From: an uncultured candidatus Porisulfidus sp.
Lineage (GTDB): Bacteria > Pseudomonadota > Gammaproteobacteria > Poriferisulfidales > Poriferisulfidaceae
DNA length: 64,000 bases
Direction of reading: 5' to 3'
Assembly (NCBI GenBank): GCA_965204575.1
Contig: OZ241993.1
Coordinates: forward strand, 768,001 to 832,000
Positions 55,425-64,000 of the stretch are shown piece after piece. Under the pieces are notes generated by a model. It made no database searches. It was given only the letters and a program-made list of their open reading frames with translations, and was not told the DNA's origin. A program made the position numbers and the translations under genes. Within the stretch, counting starts at the first letter, position 1, and each line of letters opens with the position of its first letter.

Positions 55425-55664
55425 ATGGCAGACGAGCCGGAAAACCAAGAAACCGAAGAAGAAGACGATCCCAACACCCTGCGCCTGGAGGCTCGGGAGT
55501 ACGATACGATCGGACTGATCCACTGCGGCGTGACCCGTGAAGGCCTGGTGGCGATCGGCGGGCAACAGTTCAACGTTGAGGATGGCGAGGAACAGACTGC
55601 CGAGCACGTCGGAATTACGGTGCGACGCGAAGGCGAACAGTACACTTTCTCAAAATCAGCCTAG
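55425..55664 (+). CDS. Hypothetical acidic protein
   Basis: RBS AGGAG, 79 aa with host codon usage (YDTIGLIHCGVT..G.V..GG); function unknown. Confidence 0.7.
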   Translation: MADEPENQETEEEDDPNTLRLEAREYDTIGLIHCGVTREGLVAIGGQQFNVEDGEEQTAEHVGITVRREGEQYTFSKSA

Positions 55665-55707
55665 GCAATGTGAAACGGGGCACCGTCCCGGTGCTCCGCC
55701 GAAACAA

Positions 55708-56607
55708 TCAGGATGCGGAGTCGGCAGAGATTAACGTGCCGATGCCCTCGCGCGTGAAGACTTCCAGCACGACGGCATGCGGGGTTCGGCCGTCGATGAT
55801 GTGCGCGGTGTGGACGCCGGCCTTCAACGCATCCAGCACGCAACGGGTCTTGGGCACCATGCCGTCGCGGATCGTGCCATCCTCGATCAGGGATTCGATG
55901 GCTTCTGAATCCAGGTTGGTCAGGAGTTCCCCCTTGGCATCCAGTACTCCGGTCTGGTTGGTCAGGATCATCAGTTTTTCGGCTTTGAGCGCGACGGCCA
56001 TGTGGCTGGCGACGGTGTCCGCGTTGATGTTGTAACTCTCGCCGTCGGCCCCGACTCCGACCGGAGCGATCACCGGAATCTTCCCGCTGTCCTCCAGTTC
56101 CTGGATCGGTCCGGGATCGATGCTCGCCACCGTTCCGGTATGGCCGAGATCAATGATTTCAGGCGCATTCATGTCCGGAGAGAACTGCTTCAACTTGAGC
56201 CGCTTGGCATGAATGAAGCCGCCCCGCTTGCCGGTGACACCGGCAGCACGCCCCCCGTGCTGGTTAATCAGGTCGACGATTTCCGTGTTGATGACGTCGC
56301 CGAGCACCTTCTCCACCACGTCCATGGTTTGCCGGTCGGTGACCCGCACGCCGTCGACAAACCGGCTCTCTATGCCGAGCTCTTCCAGGTGCTGCCCGAT
56401 CTGCGGGCCTCCGCCATGTACGACGACGGGCTTGATGCCCACATGCTGCATCAACACCAGGTCGCGTGCGAAACTGCTTTTCAGCGTTTCATCGACCATC
56501 GCGTTGCCGCCGTACTTGATGACGACGGACCGCCCGGCAAAGGCCTGGATGTAGGGCAGGGCCTCGACGAGGACGTGAACGGTCTGCTGGGCGGATTGCC
56601 GGTCCAT
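55708..56607 (-). CDS. argB: Acetylglutamate kinase
   Basis: [40 protein letters not shown]. Confidence 0.97.
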   Translation of the reverse strand: MDRQSAQQTVHVLVEALPYIQAFAGRSVVIKYGGNAMVDETLKSSFARDLVLMQHVGIKPVVVHGGGPQIGQHLEELGIESRFVDGVRVTDRQTMDVVEKVLGDVINTEIVDLINQHGGRAAGVTGKRGGFIHAKRLKLKQFSPDMNAPEIIDLGHTGTVASIDPGPIQELEDSGKIPVIAPVGVGADGESYNINADTVASHMAVALKAEKLMILTNQTGVLDAKGELLTNLDSEAIESLIEDGTIRDGMVPKTRCVLDALKAGVHTAHIIDGRTPHAVVLEVFTREGIGTLISADSAS

Positions 56608-56626
56608 GTTGTTTTGCCCGGACGGG

Positions 56627-57475
56627 CTATTGGAAATACCTCAACAGTCTCAGCTTCAGACCGGTTTCCCGGGCATCCGCCTCCTGAGAAATTTCGATGT
56701 GGGGTGCTTGGCTGCCATCGAGCGCGCTGAAGACTTCTTTGTCATACTCGCTGTGGTACGCCTCGACCTGCAGACCCATTTGTTCGGCAACCGACGTGTG
56801 TACGCCTGCCCCGAAAGTCCAGGCAGTATAGTCCCGGTCGATTTTGTCGGCTCCCCTTGCATAGGATTCATCTTCCATTCCGTTCAGGCATCCACCGTCT
56901 GCGGAACACCCTTCGTAGGTAAGGGTCAATTCACCCTTGACCCGATGAACGGCCGCCAGAACGTAGAGCCCGGAATCCTCCCCGAGCGCGGCGGTGAGAA
57001 AGTCGGGCTGTCCGCCCAGCCTGAAGCTCAGGCCGTGACTGCGATCTTTTTCGAAAGTCCAGAAATCCGGCCAACCCTCTCCGGATTGGGGCCAACCCGG
57101 GTCGTCTGCCCCTCCTGCCGCCCTGGCGGAAGCATCCTTGATCCAAGGCAACCGGCCCCGCGCCTTCCCGCTGTGATAAGCCAAGCCGACTTCACCGCTC
57201 CAGTACAGGCCCCCGTAGTGGAGGGGGTACTGGTACCCGGCCACGATCCCGAAACCGCTTCCTGTTTCGGTGTCGGAATCCCGGTTGGGGAAGATTCGGC
57301 CCATGGAAGGGGTCCCGTTGCTCGGGTGGGTGTTGTCCGTCGTCTTTGAAAAGGCGGCATCCAGGTTTTCCGCCGCAGCGGAAAGGCCCACATAGAACCC
57401 CTCGTCCATGGCCGAGGAGAGTCCGGGCGCAAGGGTCGACGCGGCGGCGAAGATCAAGGCTTTGGCTCTGTACAT
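56627..57475 (-). CDS. Outer-membrane beta-barrel protein (OmpA-like membrane domain)
   Basis: Signal peptide, GFYVG first strand, alternating strands ([15 protein letters not shown]), C-terminal LRYF. Confidence 0.7.
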   Translation of the reverse strand: MYRAKALIFAAASTLAPGLSSAMDEGFYVGLSAAAENLDAAFSKTTDNTHPSNGTPSMGRIFPNRDSDTETGSGFGIVAGYQYPLHYGGLYWSGEVGLAYHSGKARGRLPWIKDASARAAGGADDPGWPQSGEGWPDFWTFEKDRSHGLSFRLGGQPDFLTAALGEDSGLYVLAAVHRVKGELTLTYEGCSADGGCLNGMEDESYARGADKIDRDYTAWTFGAGVHTSVAEQMGLQVEAYHSEYDKEVFSALDGSQAPHIEISQEADARETGLKLRLLRYFQ

Positions 57476-57556
57476 TTTTCAATCCGGTTCGGCCCGAAGA
57501 CTCCCGTACGCGGATGGCCCGAAGATCGTGTCAGAAAAGGTGGATCGACTGCGAAG

Positions 57557-57633
57557 TGGTCGGAGTGAGAGGATTTGAACCTCCGGCCCCTGCCTCCCGA
57601 AGGCAGTGCTCTACCAGGCTGAGCTACACTCCG
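57557..57633 (-). tRNA. tRNA-Pro(CGG)
   Basis: CGGAGTG acceptor, CTGCC-TT-CGG-GA-GGCAG anticodon arm, GGTTCAAATCC, CCA; 77 nt. Confidence 0.97.
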
Positions 57634-57713
57634 AAACCTCAGGTCGGCGCATTTTACACCCGCCCGCAGACAAAAGCGTGCGCAACGCTTCGACTCCCGG
57701 TTGCTTCAAGGAC

Positions 57714-57746
57714 AAAAAAGCCCGCCGGCAGAACCTGCCGGCGGGC
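57714..57746 (-). terminator. Intrinsic terminator of hsp20
   Basis: 12-bp stem GCCCGCCGGCAG/CTGCCGGCGGGC plus T6 on the minus strand. Confidence 0.88.
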
Positions 57747-57765
57747 CGGTTTGAAACCCGTTGGA

Positions 57766-58203
57766 TCAGTTGGCCTGAACCGTGATGCGCCGGGGCTGGG
57801 GAGCGGCGTGCTTGCCGATTCGGACATGCAGCACTCCGTCCTTGCCGTGCGCCTCGATGGCGTCCGGGTCGACGTCGGCCGGCAGCTGGAAACTGCGTCG
57901 GAACGCGCCATAGACGCGTTCGGTCCGACGATAGCGCTTCTCGTCGCCTTCACCGGTATCGGTTTCAGCCAGGCGTTCGCCCTTGATGTGCAGAACGTCG
58001 CCGTCCAGGCTGATCTCCACGTCTTCCGGCTTGACGCCGGGCAGGTCGGCCGTCACCAGGTAGTGTTCGCCACGGTCCTCGAAATCAACCGCAGGAACCC
58101 AGCTCGACTGGATCTGGCCTCCAGCGCCGTGCGTCAGGCCATCGAACAGTTGGTTCCAACGGCCCAGCGTCTCGAACGGGTCGAAATAAATGCTCGGATG
58201 CAT
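57766..58203 (-). CDS. Small heat-shock protein (Hsp20/alpha-crystallin)
   Basis: WVPAVD, ADLPGV, ERVYGAFRRSFQLP, DGVL; strong RBS AGGAGG. Confidence 0.96.
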   Translation of the reverse strand: MHPSIYFDPFETLGRWNQLFDGLTHGAGGQIQSSWVPAVDFEDRGEHYLVTADLPGVKPEDVEISLDGDVLHIKGERLAETDTGEGDEKRYRRTERVYGAFRRSFQLPADVDPDAIEAHGKDGVLHVRIGKHAAPQPRRITVQAN

Positions 58204-58240
58204 GATTTACCTCCTGTTTGCCATCCTTACCCACCTCATT

Positions 58241-58269
58241 TAATAAGGTGGGGCACGGAGGATTTCAAG
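58241..58269 (-). promoter_or_regulatory. Putative sigma-32 promoter of hsp20
   Basis: Minus strand CTTGAAA-N14-CCTTATTA; same -35 as upstream of htpG. Confidence 0.55.
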
Positions 58270-58762
58270 AGGCAGGGGTCGTCGGCTCGAAGCGTCCCTG
58301 CTCCCGGTTTTTCCGGACCTGGTCGTGCGGGAACAGTTGCCCGCCCATGGCGATGTAGGCACCGGGGTCTGCGGTCAGTGCGGCGGCAATGGCGAAGCCG
58401 AGGTTGAACGGGGCGTCGGTCTGGCGGAACCGGGCCGGGTTCATGGCCCCGGTCAGCACGATGGTCTTGTCCGGGATGTCGGCTAGCACCGCGGCGGATT
58501 CCGCCATGGTGTCGGTGCCATGGATCACCACGAGTCGCGAGGCTCTGCAACTGGCCGCAGCCGTGCGCAGGGTCTGGCGGTCGTCGTCGGTCATGTCCAG
58601 GCTGTCCTTGCGCATCACCTCGATCAACTCCCAGCCGTCCTGCATGCCGGCTTCGGCCAGGATATCCGGTGCGCAGGGCGCTCCGATGCTGTAGTCACTC
58701 AGGGCGTCGTAGTAGACCTTATCGAAGGTTCCTCCGCAGGTCAGGATGGCGAGTGGAATCAT
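58265..58762 (-). CDS. Short-chain asparaginase-domain protein
   Basis: TCGGTFDK, KDSLDM, IHGTDTM, VLTGAM.P, DAPFNLG. Confidence 0.9.
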   Translation of the reverse strand: MIPLAILTCGGTFDKVYYDALSDYSIGAPCAPDILAEAGMQDGWELIEVMRKDSLDMTDDDRQTLRTAAASCRASRLVVIHGTDTMAESAAVLADIPDKTIVLTGAMNPARFRQTDAPFNLGFAIAAALTADPGAYIAMGGQLFPHDQVRKNREQGRFEPTTPAS

Positions 58763-58831
58763 TTTCGTGCCATACGGAAACGGCGCCACTTTAACATGTC
58801 CCCGGAAGAGACCATCGGGAAAAGGTTGCGT

Positions 58832-60118
58832 TCACTGATTCGGCTCCGACCATAAGCTGCTGACAGGCAGGGCAAACAGGTTCTCCCCGAATGCAAGTTT
58901 TTGTTCTCCGAGGTAGAAGAGGATGCAGGTGACCGGCCGAGTCTTGCCGGGACCCTCGGTCGAGAACCAAGCCATGTGGCCGAAGTCTTGCCAACTCACC
59001 GAGGAGGCCGCTTTGACCTCAAAGGCGACCAGGCGGTTCCCGCTCTCGGCGAGGACATCGATTTCGCGGCCTCGCTGGTCGCGCCAGTGATAAAAATTGA
59101 AGCCATGCTCCTGATAGGGTTCGGATCGGAGAAGTTCGGCGAATACGAAACTCTCCAGCAGTCCGCCCAACGCTGTCGGGTTGGCATCGGCGTCGAAGGT
59201 TTCCGGGGTCAGGCTGCGTAAGGCTGCCGCCATTCCAGTGTCCACGAAATGGTTTTTGGCGCTGCGGATTTCGCGGGAATGCTCGCCCGACGCCCAGGCA
59301 CCAAGCTTCACGATGATAGAAAGCCGGAGCAGGACATCCAGATACTGTTCAATCGTCAGGCGCTGTACGCCGATCAGTTTGCAGAGTTGTGCGACATTAA
59401 GTATTTCGCCGGTGCGTACAGCCAGTTGCGCAATCAGTTTTCGCAATGCGTCAGTTTTCCGGACGCGAAGCAGGTCCGCGACATCACGGTCGACGATGGT
59501 GTCGACATGATCCCGGTAGGCGGCCTGTCTCGGTTTGAGGGGAATGCTCCTGGTTTCTGGAAAGCCGCCTCTGAGTATGAGGTCGATGTAATCGGCACGC
59601 GGGGTGGATTCCGGTTCCGGCAGGTCCGGCAGGTCTGGGTTCTTCGAGATGGCCCAGTCGAGAATGCAGGAAGGCGGGCGTGATTTGATTTCCGCGACCG
59701 TCAGGGGCCAAAGCTTCAGCATCCGCATGCGGCCGGCAAGCGAGTCTGCCACCTTCATGGTAGCGAATACATTGGAAGATCCGGTCAGGACGAATTGGCC
59801 TGCCTGCCGGCGCGCATCAACCATCATCTTGATCGCAAGCGCCATGTTGCCCGATCGTTGTGCCTCATCAATGACCAAGGGCCGATCCTCAAGCCGGTCA
59901 GTCAATGTGCCGATTTGACCAACCGGATCCCTTGCCATGGCATCGAGAACCGCCGGATCATCCAGCGTGATGAACCTGCCCGTCTGCAGGATGTCCCGGA
60001 CCAACGTGGTCTTCCCGACCCGTCTCGGACCGGTGACGTTCACCACGGAGGAATAAGCCAGAGCCGACCGAAGTTCGGCAATCATGTGGCGGGGCAGGAG
60101 ATGATTTTGGTCAGTCAC
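58832..60118 (-). CDS. AAA+ ATPase (AAA_14) with C-terminal DUF4143, second copy
   Basis: GPRRVGKTT, VIDEAQ, LTGSS, DSLAGR, GGFPE, DTG, EIDV..FEVK. Start uncertain (GTG 60118). Confidence 0.9.
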   Translation of the reverse strand: MTDQNHLLPRHMIAELRSALAYSSVVNVTGPRRVGKTTLVRDILQTGRFITLDDPAVLDAMARDPVGQIGTLTDRLEDRPLVIDEAQRSGNMALAIKMMVDARRQAGQFVLTGSSNVFATMKVADSLAGRMRMLKLWPLTVAEIKSRPPSCILDWAISKNPDLPDLPEPESTPRADYIDLILRGGFPETRSIPLKPRQAAYRDHVDTIVDRDVADLLRVRKTDALRKLIAQLAVRTGEILNVAQLCKLIGVQRLTIEQYLDVLLRLSIIVKLGAWASGEHSREIRSAKNHFVDTGMAAALRSLTPETFDADANPTALGGLLESFVFAELLRSEPYQEHGFNFYHWRDQRGREIDVLAESGNRLVAFEVKAASSVSWQDFGHMAWFSTEGPGKTRPVTCILFYLGEQKLAFGENLFALPVSSLWSEPNQ

Positions 60119-60328
60119 TCGGAACCCGATTCCGGTGGACGAACGCCTGTCTGGCGGCAATGGGGAAAATTATACTATAAATGTGGTGAAAGTGATAGTA
60201 TAAAGTCAGGTAAAATTATAGTTAGTGCATGGTTAAAGTGATCGTTTATAGAAAGGGCTGGCATTTCCTTCCCCCACGCGACCGAAAACGGATTCTCCAG
60301 AGACATCGCTTTGGCAGTGGTCCAAAGC

Positions 60329-61696
60329 TCAATCCGCCCTGCGGTCCTGCCGGGTTTTCCAGGCATTGAATTGCGGCAGGCGCAAGTGATACCGGGCCAG
60401 CACACCTTCGTGCAGACGGCGCAGTTCCTCGATCACCAGTGCGGCTAGGTCTTCGTGTTCGGATGGTTTCATTCCGGTCGGAATGGCTTTTTCTACAGCG
60501 GTAACCGTTTCGGTCTCCGGGCTGAGAACCACTTCCCGGACAATTCGCTTGACGGCTTTTCCGTGTCGGAGACGGAAGGGGTCCGGTTCCGCCAGGTCCT
60601 GCCGGAGAGCCCGGTACTCTCGCACGGACCGTTCGTAAGCCCAGAGATAGAGATCCCTCAATAGTTCCACCCGTGTCATTTCGTACACGCCCAAGGTGGC
60701 TTGACTGTATGCGGAATCGGGAACGTCGAGAAACGTCAGCGGGCACAGGTTCGCACGGACCAGCGGAAGGTTTGCGGCGAGGCGCGAAGTGCGCTTGTTC
60801 ACGTCGGAGAACGGCTGGAGGTAGGGCAGGTGCACCATCATGAAGAATGACTGCTCGAACGGGTCCGAGATCTGCCGCGCCTTGGCCAGCAGGGAGTCCA
60901 GGATTTCGCTGAGGTGCATCTCGCCGGACACCGGTCGATAGACACTCTTGCCGATTTCGACCTGGTGTCGCCGGATTCTCCCTTCGTCGTCGGGATTCGG
61001 AAGCAGGTTTTCCGACAAGGCGCCGTGCAGGTTGAACAAGGTGTAGCGATTGAAATCCATGGCCCCGGTGTTCTCCACGAGCAGTTCGATGGCCGCCTTG
61101 TGGTTCAGGATCATCTGGGTCTCGGTCGCGGCCTTCCCTTCGGCCGCCTTGCCGTGCTGGATGAGATTGAGCGTGTCCAGTCGGCTGTACGTGTTTCCTT
61201 CCAAATGGCTGGATGCCCACGACAGGTCGATCAGGAAGCGGTTCAAAACACTCCTGCCGTGGGTGCCGGCCGGCCGGGATGCCTGTCCGGTATCGCCCAT
61301 TCTCCGCAGTTGCTGCCGAATCGGGGCAGGAAGATAGTGACTTGTGTTTGGTTCGTAGACATCAAGAAAATCTCGCTGATACCCGACGGGAGACCGGGCT
61401 TCGAGCGGCTGGCTGATGTAGTGGGCGATGTCCTGACTGTCCGGGGACAGGGGGATGTGCTTCGGCTGGTCGTCAAATCCCCCCTGTGCCGTGCCCGGAC
61501 TCTGCGCCGGAAGGGCCAGATATTTCCGTGAGCGGCCCTCGCCTTGCGCAAGGGCCTTGCCCTCGGCGACCAGCCGGCTCAGATGGCGCTGGGCGGTTCT
61601 CCTCGTCGCTTCGGGAGACACGGCCAGCAGGTCGGAAACCGACATCGGCTCCGACGATTTGAGTAGGATCTCGTGAATCCGGGACAGACTGTCCAT
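60329..61696 (-). CDS. Fic-domain protein with N-terminal HTH
   Basis: RRTAQRHLSRL wHTH, SSHLEGN, variant Fic motif QPFSDVNKRTSR; start ATG 61696. Confidence 0.88.
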   Translation of the reverse strand: MDSLSRIHEILLKSSEPMSVSDLLAVSPEATRRTAQRHLSRLVAEGKALAQGEGRSRKYLALPAQSPGTAQGGFDDQPKHIPLSPDSQDIAHYISQPLEARSPVGYQRDFLDVYEPNTSHYLPAPIRQQLRRMGDTGQASRPAGTHGRSVLNRFLIDLSWASSHLEGNTYSRLDTLNLIQHGKAAEGKAATETQMILNHKAAIELLVENTGAMDFNRYTLFNLHGALSENLLPNPDDEGRIRRHQVEIGKSVYRPVSGEMHLSEILDSLLAKARQISDPFEQSFFMMVHLPYLQPFSDVNKRTSRLAANLPLVRANLCPLTFLDVPDSAYSQATLGVYEMTRVELLRDLYLWAYERSVREYRALRQDLAEPDPFRLRHGKAVKRIVREVVLSPETETVTAVEKAIPTGMKPSEHEDLAALVIEELRRLHEGVLARYHLRLPQFNAWKTRQDRRAD

Positions 61697-61846
61697 AAAA
61701 ACCTTCCGCCTGAATGGCGCGATTATAACAGAAAATGGCACAATAATGCAAGAGGGCTGGCGCAAATATGGCGCATTTACTTTTATTCGCGCCATATTCC
61801 AGGTGGTATTGGACGGGATTCGGGGCAGGAGAAAACCGCCCCGGTT

Positions 61847-62692
61847 CTATTCGATGTTTTGTATCTGCTCGCGCATCTGTTCCACCAGCACCTTGATGGC
61901 CAGCGCTGCATTGGTGGTTTCGACATCCGGCGCCTTGGAGGCCAGCGTGTTCGCTTCGCGCGTGAATTCCTGCATCAGGAAGTCCAACTTTCGTCCTTGC
62001 GCCCCGCCCGCTTTCAGGGCAGCCCGGGTTTCTTCAAGATGGCTGTCGAGCCGGGCCAGCTCCTCGTCCACATCGGCACGCATCACCTGGACCGCGATTT
62101 CCTCTTCCACCCGCTGGGCGTCGACCGCGGCCTGCAATTCCTTCAGGCGTGCCTGCCAGCGTTCGCGCAGGGCCTGCTGTATGGCAGGACGTTTGGACTT
62201 CAGCGCCACGACCTGCCGCTCGACTTCCTGCAGCTGCTCGCGCAGGACGCCCGCCAAGCGTTCGCCTTCGCTTTCCCGCTGCCGGATGAACGCGTCCAGG
62301 GCTTCGTCAAATGCCTGCTGGACCGTAGGCGCCAGTGCGGTGTCGGGAGCAGAAGCGGCGCTCCAGACCGCGGGCAGGTTCAGTACGTGGGCCGGGTCGG
62401 AGTGGGGGAACAGGCGTCGGCAGGTGCTGACCAGGCGGCGCAGTTGCGCCTGATCGAGGTACCCGTCGGCGGGTTCACCTGCCGCTCGTCGGAAACTGGC
62501 CGTGACATCAACCTTGCCGCGGGAACAGGCCTTGCGCAACTGCTCGCGCCAGAGAGGCTCCAGCCCGGCACACTCCCGGGCAAGATGGAACCCCGGTTGC
62601 AGGTAGCGGTGATTGACGGATCGGATTTCGACCACCATCTGCCCGCGCCCGACTTTCGTCTCGGCGCGGGCAAACGCGGTCATGCTGCGCAT
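61847..62692 (-). CDS. yicC: YicC/YloC family endoribonuclease
   Basis: MRSMTAFAR, RSVNHRYL, RGKVD, GRKLDFLMQEFTREANTLASK, EQMREQIQNIE. Confidence 0.95.
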   Translation of the reverse strand: MRSMTAFARAETKVGRGQMVVEIRSVNHRYLQPGFHLARECAGLEPLWREQLRKACSRGKVDVTASFRRAAGEPADGYLDQAQLRRLVSTCRRLFPHSDPAHVLNLPAVWSAASAPDTALAPTVQQAFDEALDAFIRQRESEGERLAGVLREQLQEVERQVVALKSKRPAIQQALRERWQARLKELQAAVDAQRVEEEIAVQVMRADVDEELARLDSHLEETRAALKAGGAQGRKLDFLMQEFTREANTLASKAPDVETTNAALAIKVLVEQMREQIQNIE

Positions 62693-62727
62693 CGTGCCGA
62701 AAACCGGCTGCGTCAGTGCAAAACAGC

Positions 62728-64000
62728 TTACAGGCTGTAGTACATATCGAACTCGACCGGATGCGTGGCCGCCCGGAGACGGGTCACTTCCTCGCGCTTG
62801 AGTTCGATGTAGCCATCAATGGCGTCGTCATTGAAGACGTCGCCAACCTTGAGGAAGTCGCGGTTGGCGTCCAGCTCATCCAGCGCCTGGTCCAGCGAAT
62901 GGCACACGTGCGGGATGGCGGCTTCCTCTTCCGGCGGCAGGTCGTACAGGTCCTTGTCCATCGGCTCGCCCGGATCGATCTTGTTCCGGATCCCGTCAAG
63001 ACCGGCCATCAGCATGGAGGCATAGGTTAGATACGGGTTGCCGCAGGAATCGCCGAAGCGGACTTCAAGGCGACGCTGCTGCGGGTGCGAGACGAACGGG
63101 ATGCGGACCGCCGCCGAGCGGTTGCGTGCGGAGTAGGCCAGCAGCACCGGCGCCTCAAAACCCGGCACCAGCCGCTTGTAGCTGTTGGTGGTGGAGTTGG
63201 CGAACGCATTCAGCACCCGTGCATGCTTCAGGATGCCCCCGATGTAGTGCAGGGCCATGTCCGACAGCCCCCCGACGCCGTCGCCGGCGAACAGGTTCTT
63301 GCCGTCCTTGCTCAGCGACTGGTGCACGTGCATGCCGTTGCCGTTGTCGCCGACCAGGGGTTTTGGCATGAAGGTCGCGGTCTTGCCGAAGTTGTGCGCG
63401 ACGTTCATGACCACATACTTGAGGATCTGGTTCATGTCTGCGCGACGCACCAGGGAGTCGAAGCGGGTACCGATCTCGCACTGCCCGGCGGTGGCGACCT
63501 CGTGGTGGTGAACCTCGACCGGAACGCCCATGTCTTCCAGCGTCTCGCACATGACGGAGCGGATGTCCTGCAGGCTGTCGACCGGCGGCACCGGGAAGTA
63601 CCCGCCCTTGGGTCCCGGGCGGTGGCCGATGTTCGAGTCCTCGAAATCCTCGCGGTCCGAATTCCAGCAGCCTTCGTCCGAATCCACCTCGTACATGCAA
63701 CGGTGCATTTCATCCGCCCAGCGCGCGCTGTCGAAGATGAAGAATTCAGGCTCCGGGCCGAAATACGCGGTATCGGCAAGGCCCGTGGACTTGAGGTATT
63801 CCTCGGCCTTCTTGGCGATGCCGCGGGTGTCGCGTGCGTAGGGGCGCATGGTGGTCGGCTCGATCACGTCGCAACGCAACAGCAGGGTCGTTTCGGTGTA
63901 GAACGGATCCATGACCGCGGTGCTCGGGTCCGGCATGAGGATCATGTCGGATTCGTTGATGCCTTTCCAACCTGCGATCGAGGATCCGTCGAACATCTTT
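62728..64000 (-). CDS. glnA: Glutamine synthetase type I, 3' part (5' end outside window)
   Basis: [45 protein letters not shown], adenylylation site DLYDLPPEE. Confidence 0.98.
   Translation of the reverse strand, partial: KMFDGSSIAGWKGINESDMILMPDPSTAVMDPFYTETTLLLRCDVIEPTTMRPYARDTRGIAKKAEEYLKSTGLADTAYFGPEPEFFIFDSARWADEMHRCMYEVDSDEGCWNSDREDFEDSNIGHRPGPKGGYFPVPPVDSLQDIRSVMCETLEDMGVPVEVHHHEVATAGQCEIGTRFDSLVRRADMNQILKYVVMNVAHNFGKTATFMPKPLVGDNGNGMHVHQSLSKDGKNLFAGDGVGGLSDMALHYIGGILKHARVLNAFANSTTNSYKRLVPGFEAPVLLAYSARNRSAAVRIPFVSHPQQRRLEVRFGDSCGNPYLTYASMLMAGLDGIRNKIDPGEPMDKDLYDLPPEEEAAIPHVCHSLDQALDELDANRDFLKVGDVFNDDAIDGYIELKREEVTRLRAATHPVEFDMYYSL

Noticed and set aside
53043-57633. tRNA-anchored integrative element
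   Set aside because: No duplicated tRNA 3' ends and no integrase found near the three tRNAs.

Overview
GC-rich gammaproteobacterial chromosome segment. Housekeeping backbone: nadA (partial), htpG, LPS-core genes (two GT9, manC-GT2 fusion, kdkA, waaA), thiC-pcm-rhodanese-tolC-waaA, rpmB-rpmG, desA, two tandem glnK-amt pairs, rpsF-rpsR-DUF2232-rplI-dnaB-alr, aminotransferase/uvrB, purE-purK/purC, rplM-rpsI, argB, hsp20, yicC, glnA (partial), and three tRNAs (Ser-CGA, Gln-CTG, Pro-CGG). Lower-GC islets with no visible integrase or transposase are inserted between these genes: mazEF, phd/doc-like, higB-higA(ImmA), brnTA, two AAA+/DUF4143 genes, a 1356-aa NACHT/STAND-nuclease, a NucC-like DUF6602 nuclease and a Fic protein. 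No CRISPR array was found. Best candidates for undescribed biology: (1) a stand-alone Cas6-fold gene coupled to a TauD-like dioxygenase and a 63-aa protein; (2) an AAA+/DUF4143 plus STAND-nuclease two-gene unit; (3) an orphan NucC-like nuclease; (4) a ~6 kb LPS/TA block that appears to have replaced the 5' end of a GT9 gene; (5) a co-diverged second GlnK-Amt pair; (6) surface proteins with inserted repeat modules. Family calls come from motif recognition by eye, not database searches. Several start codons were moved from the ORF track on homology or RBS grounds. A sulfur-oxidiser or host-associated lifestyle is inference only.
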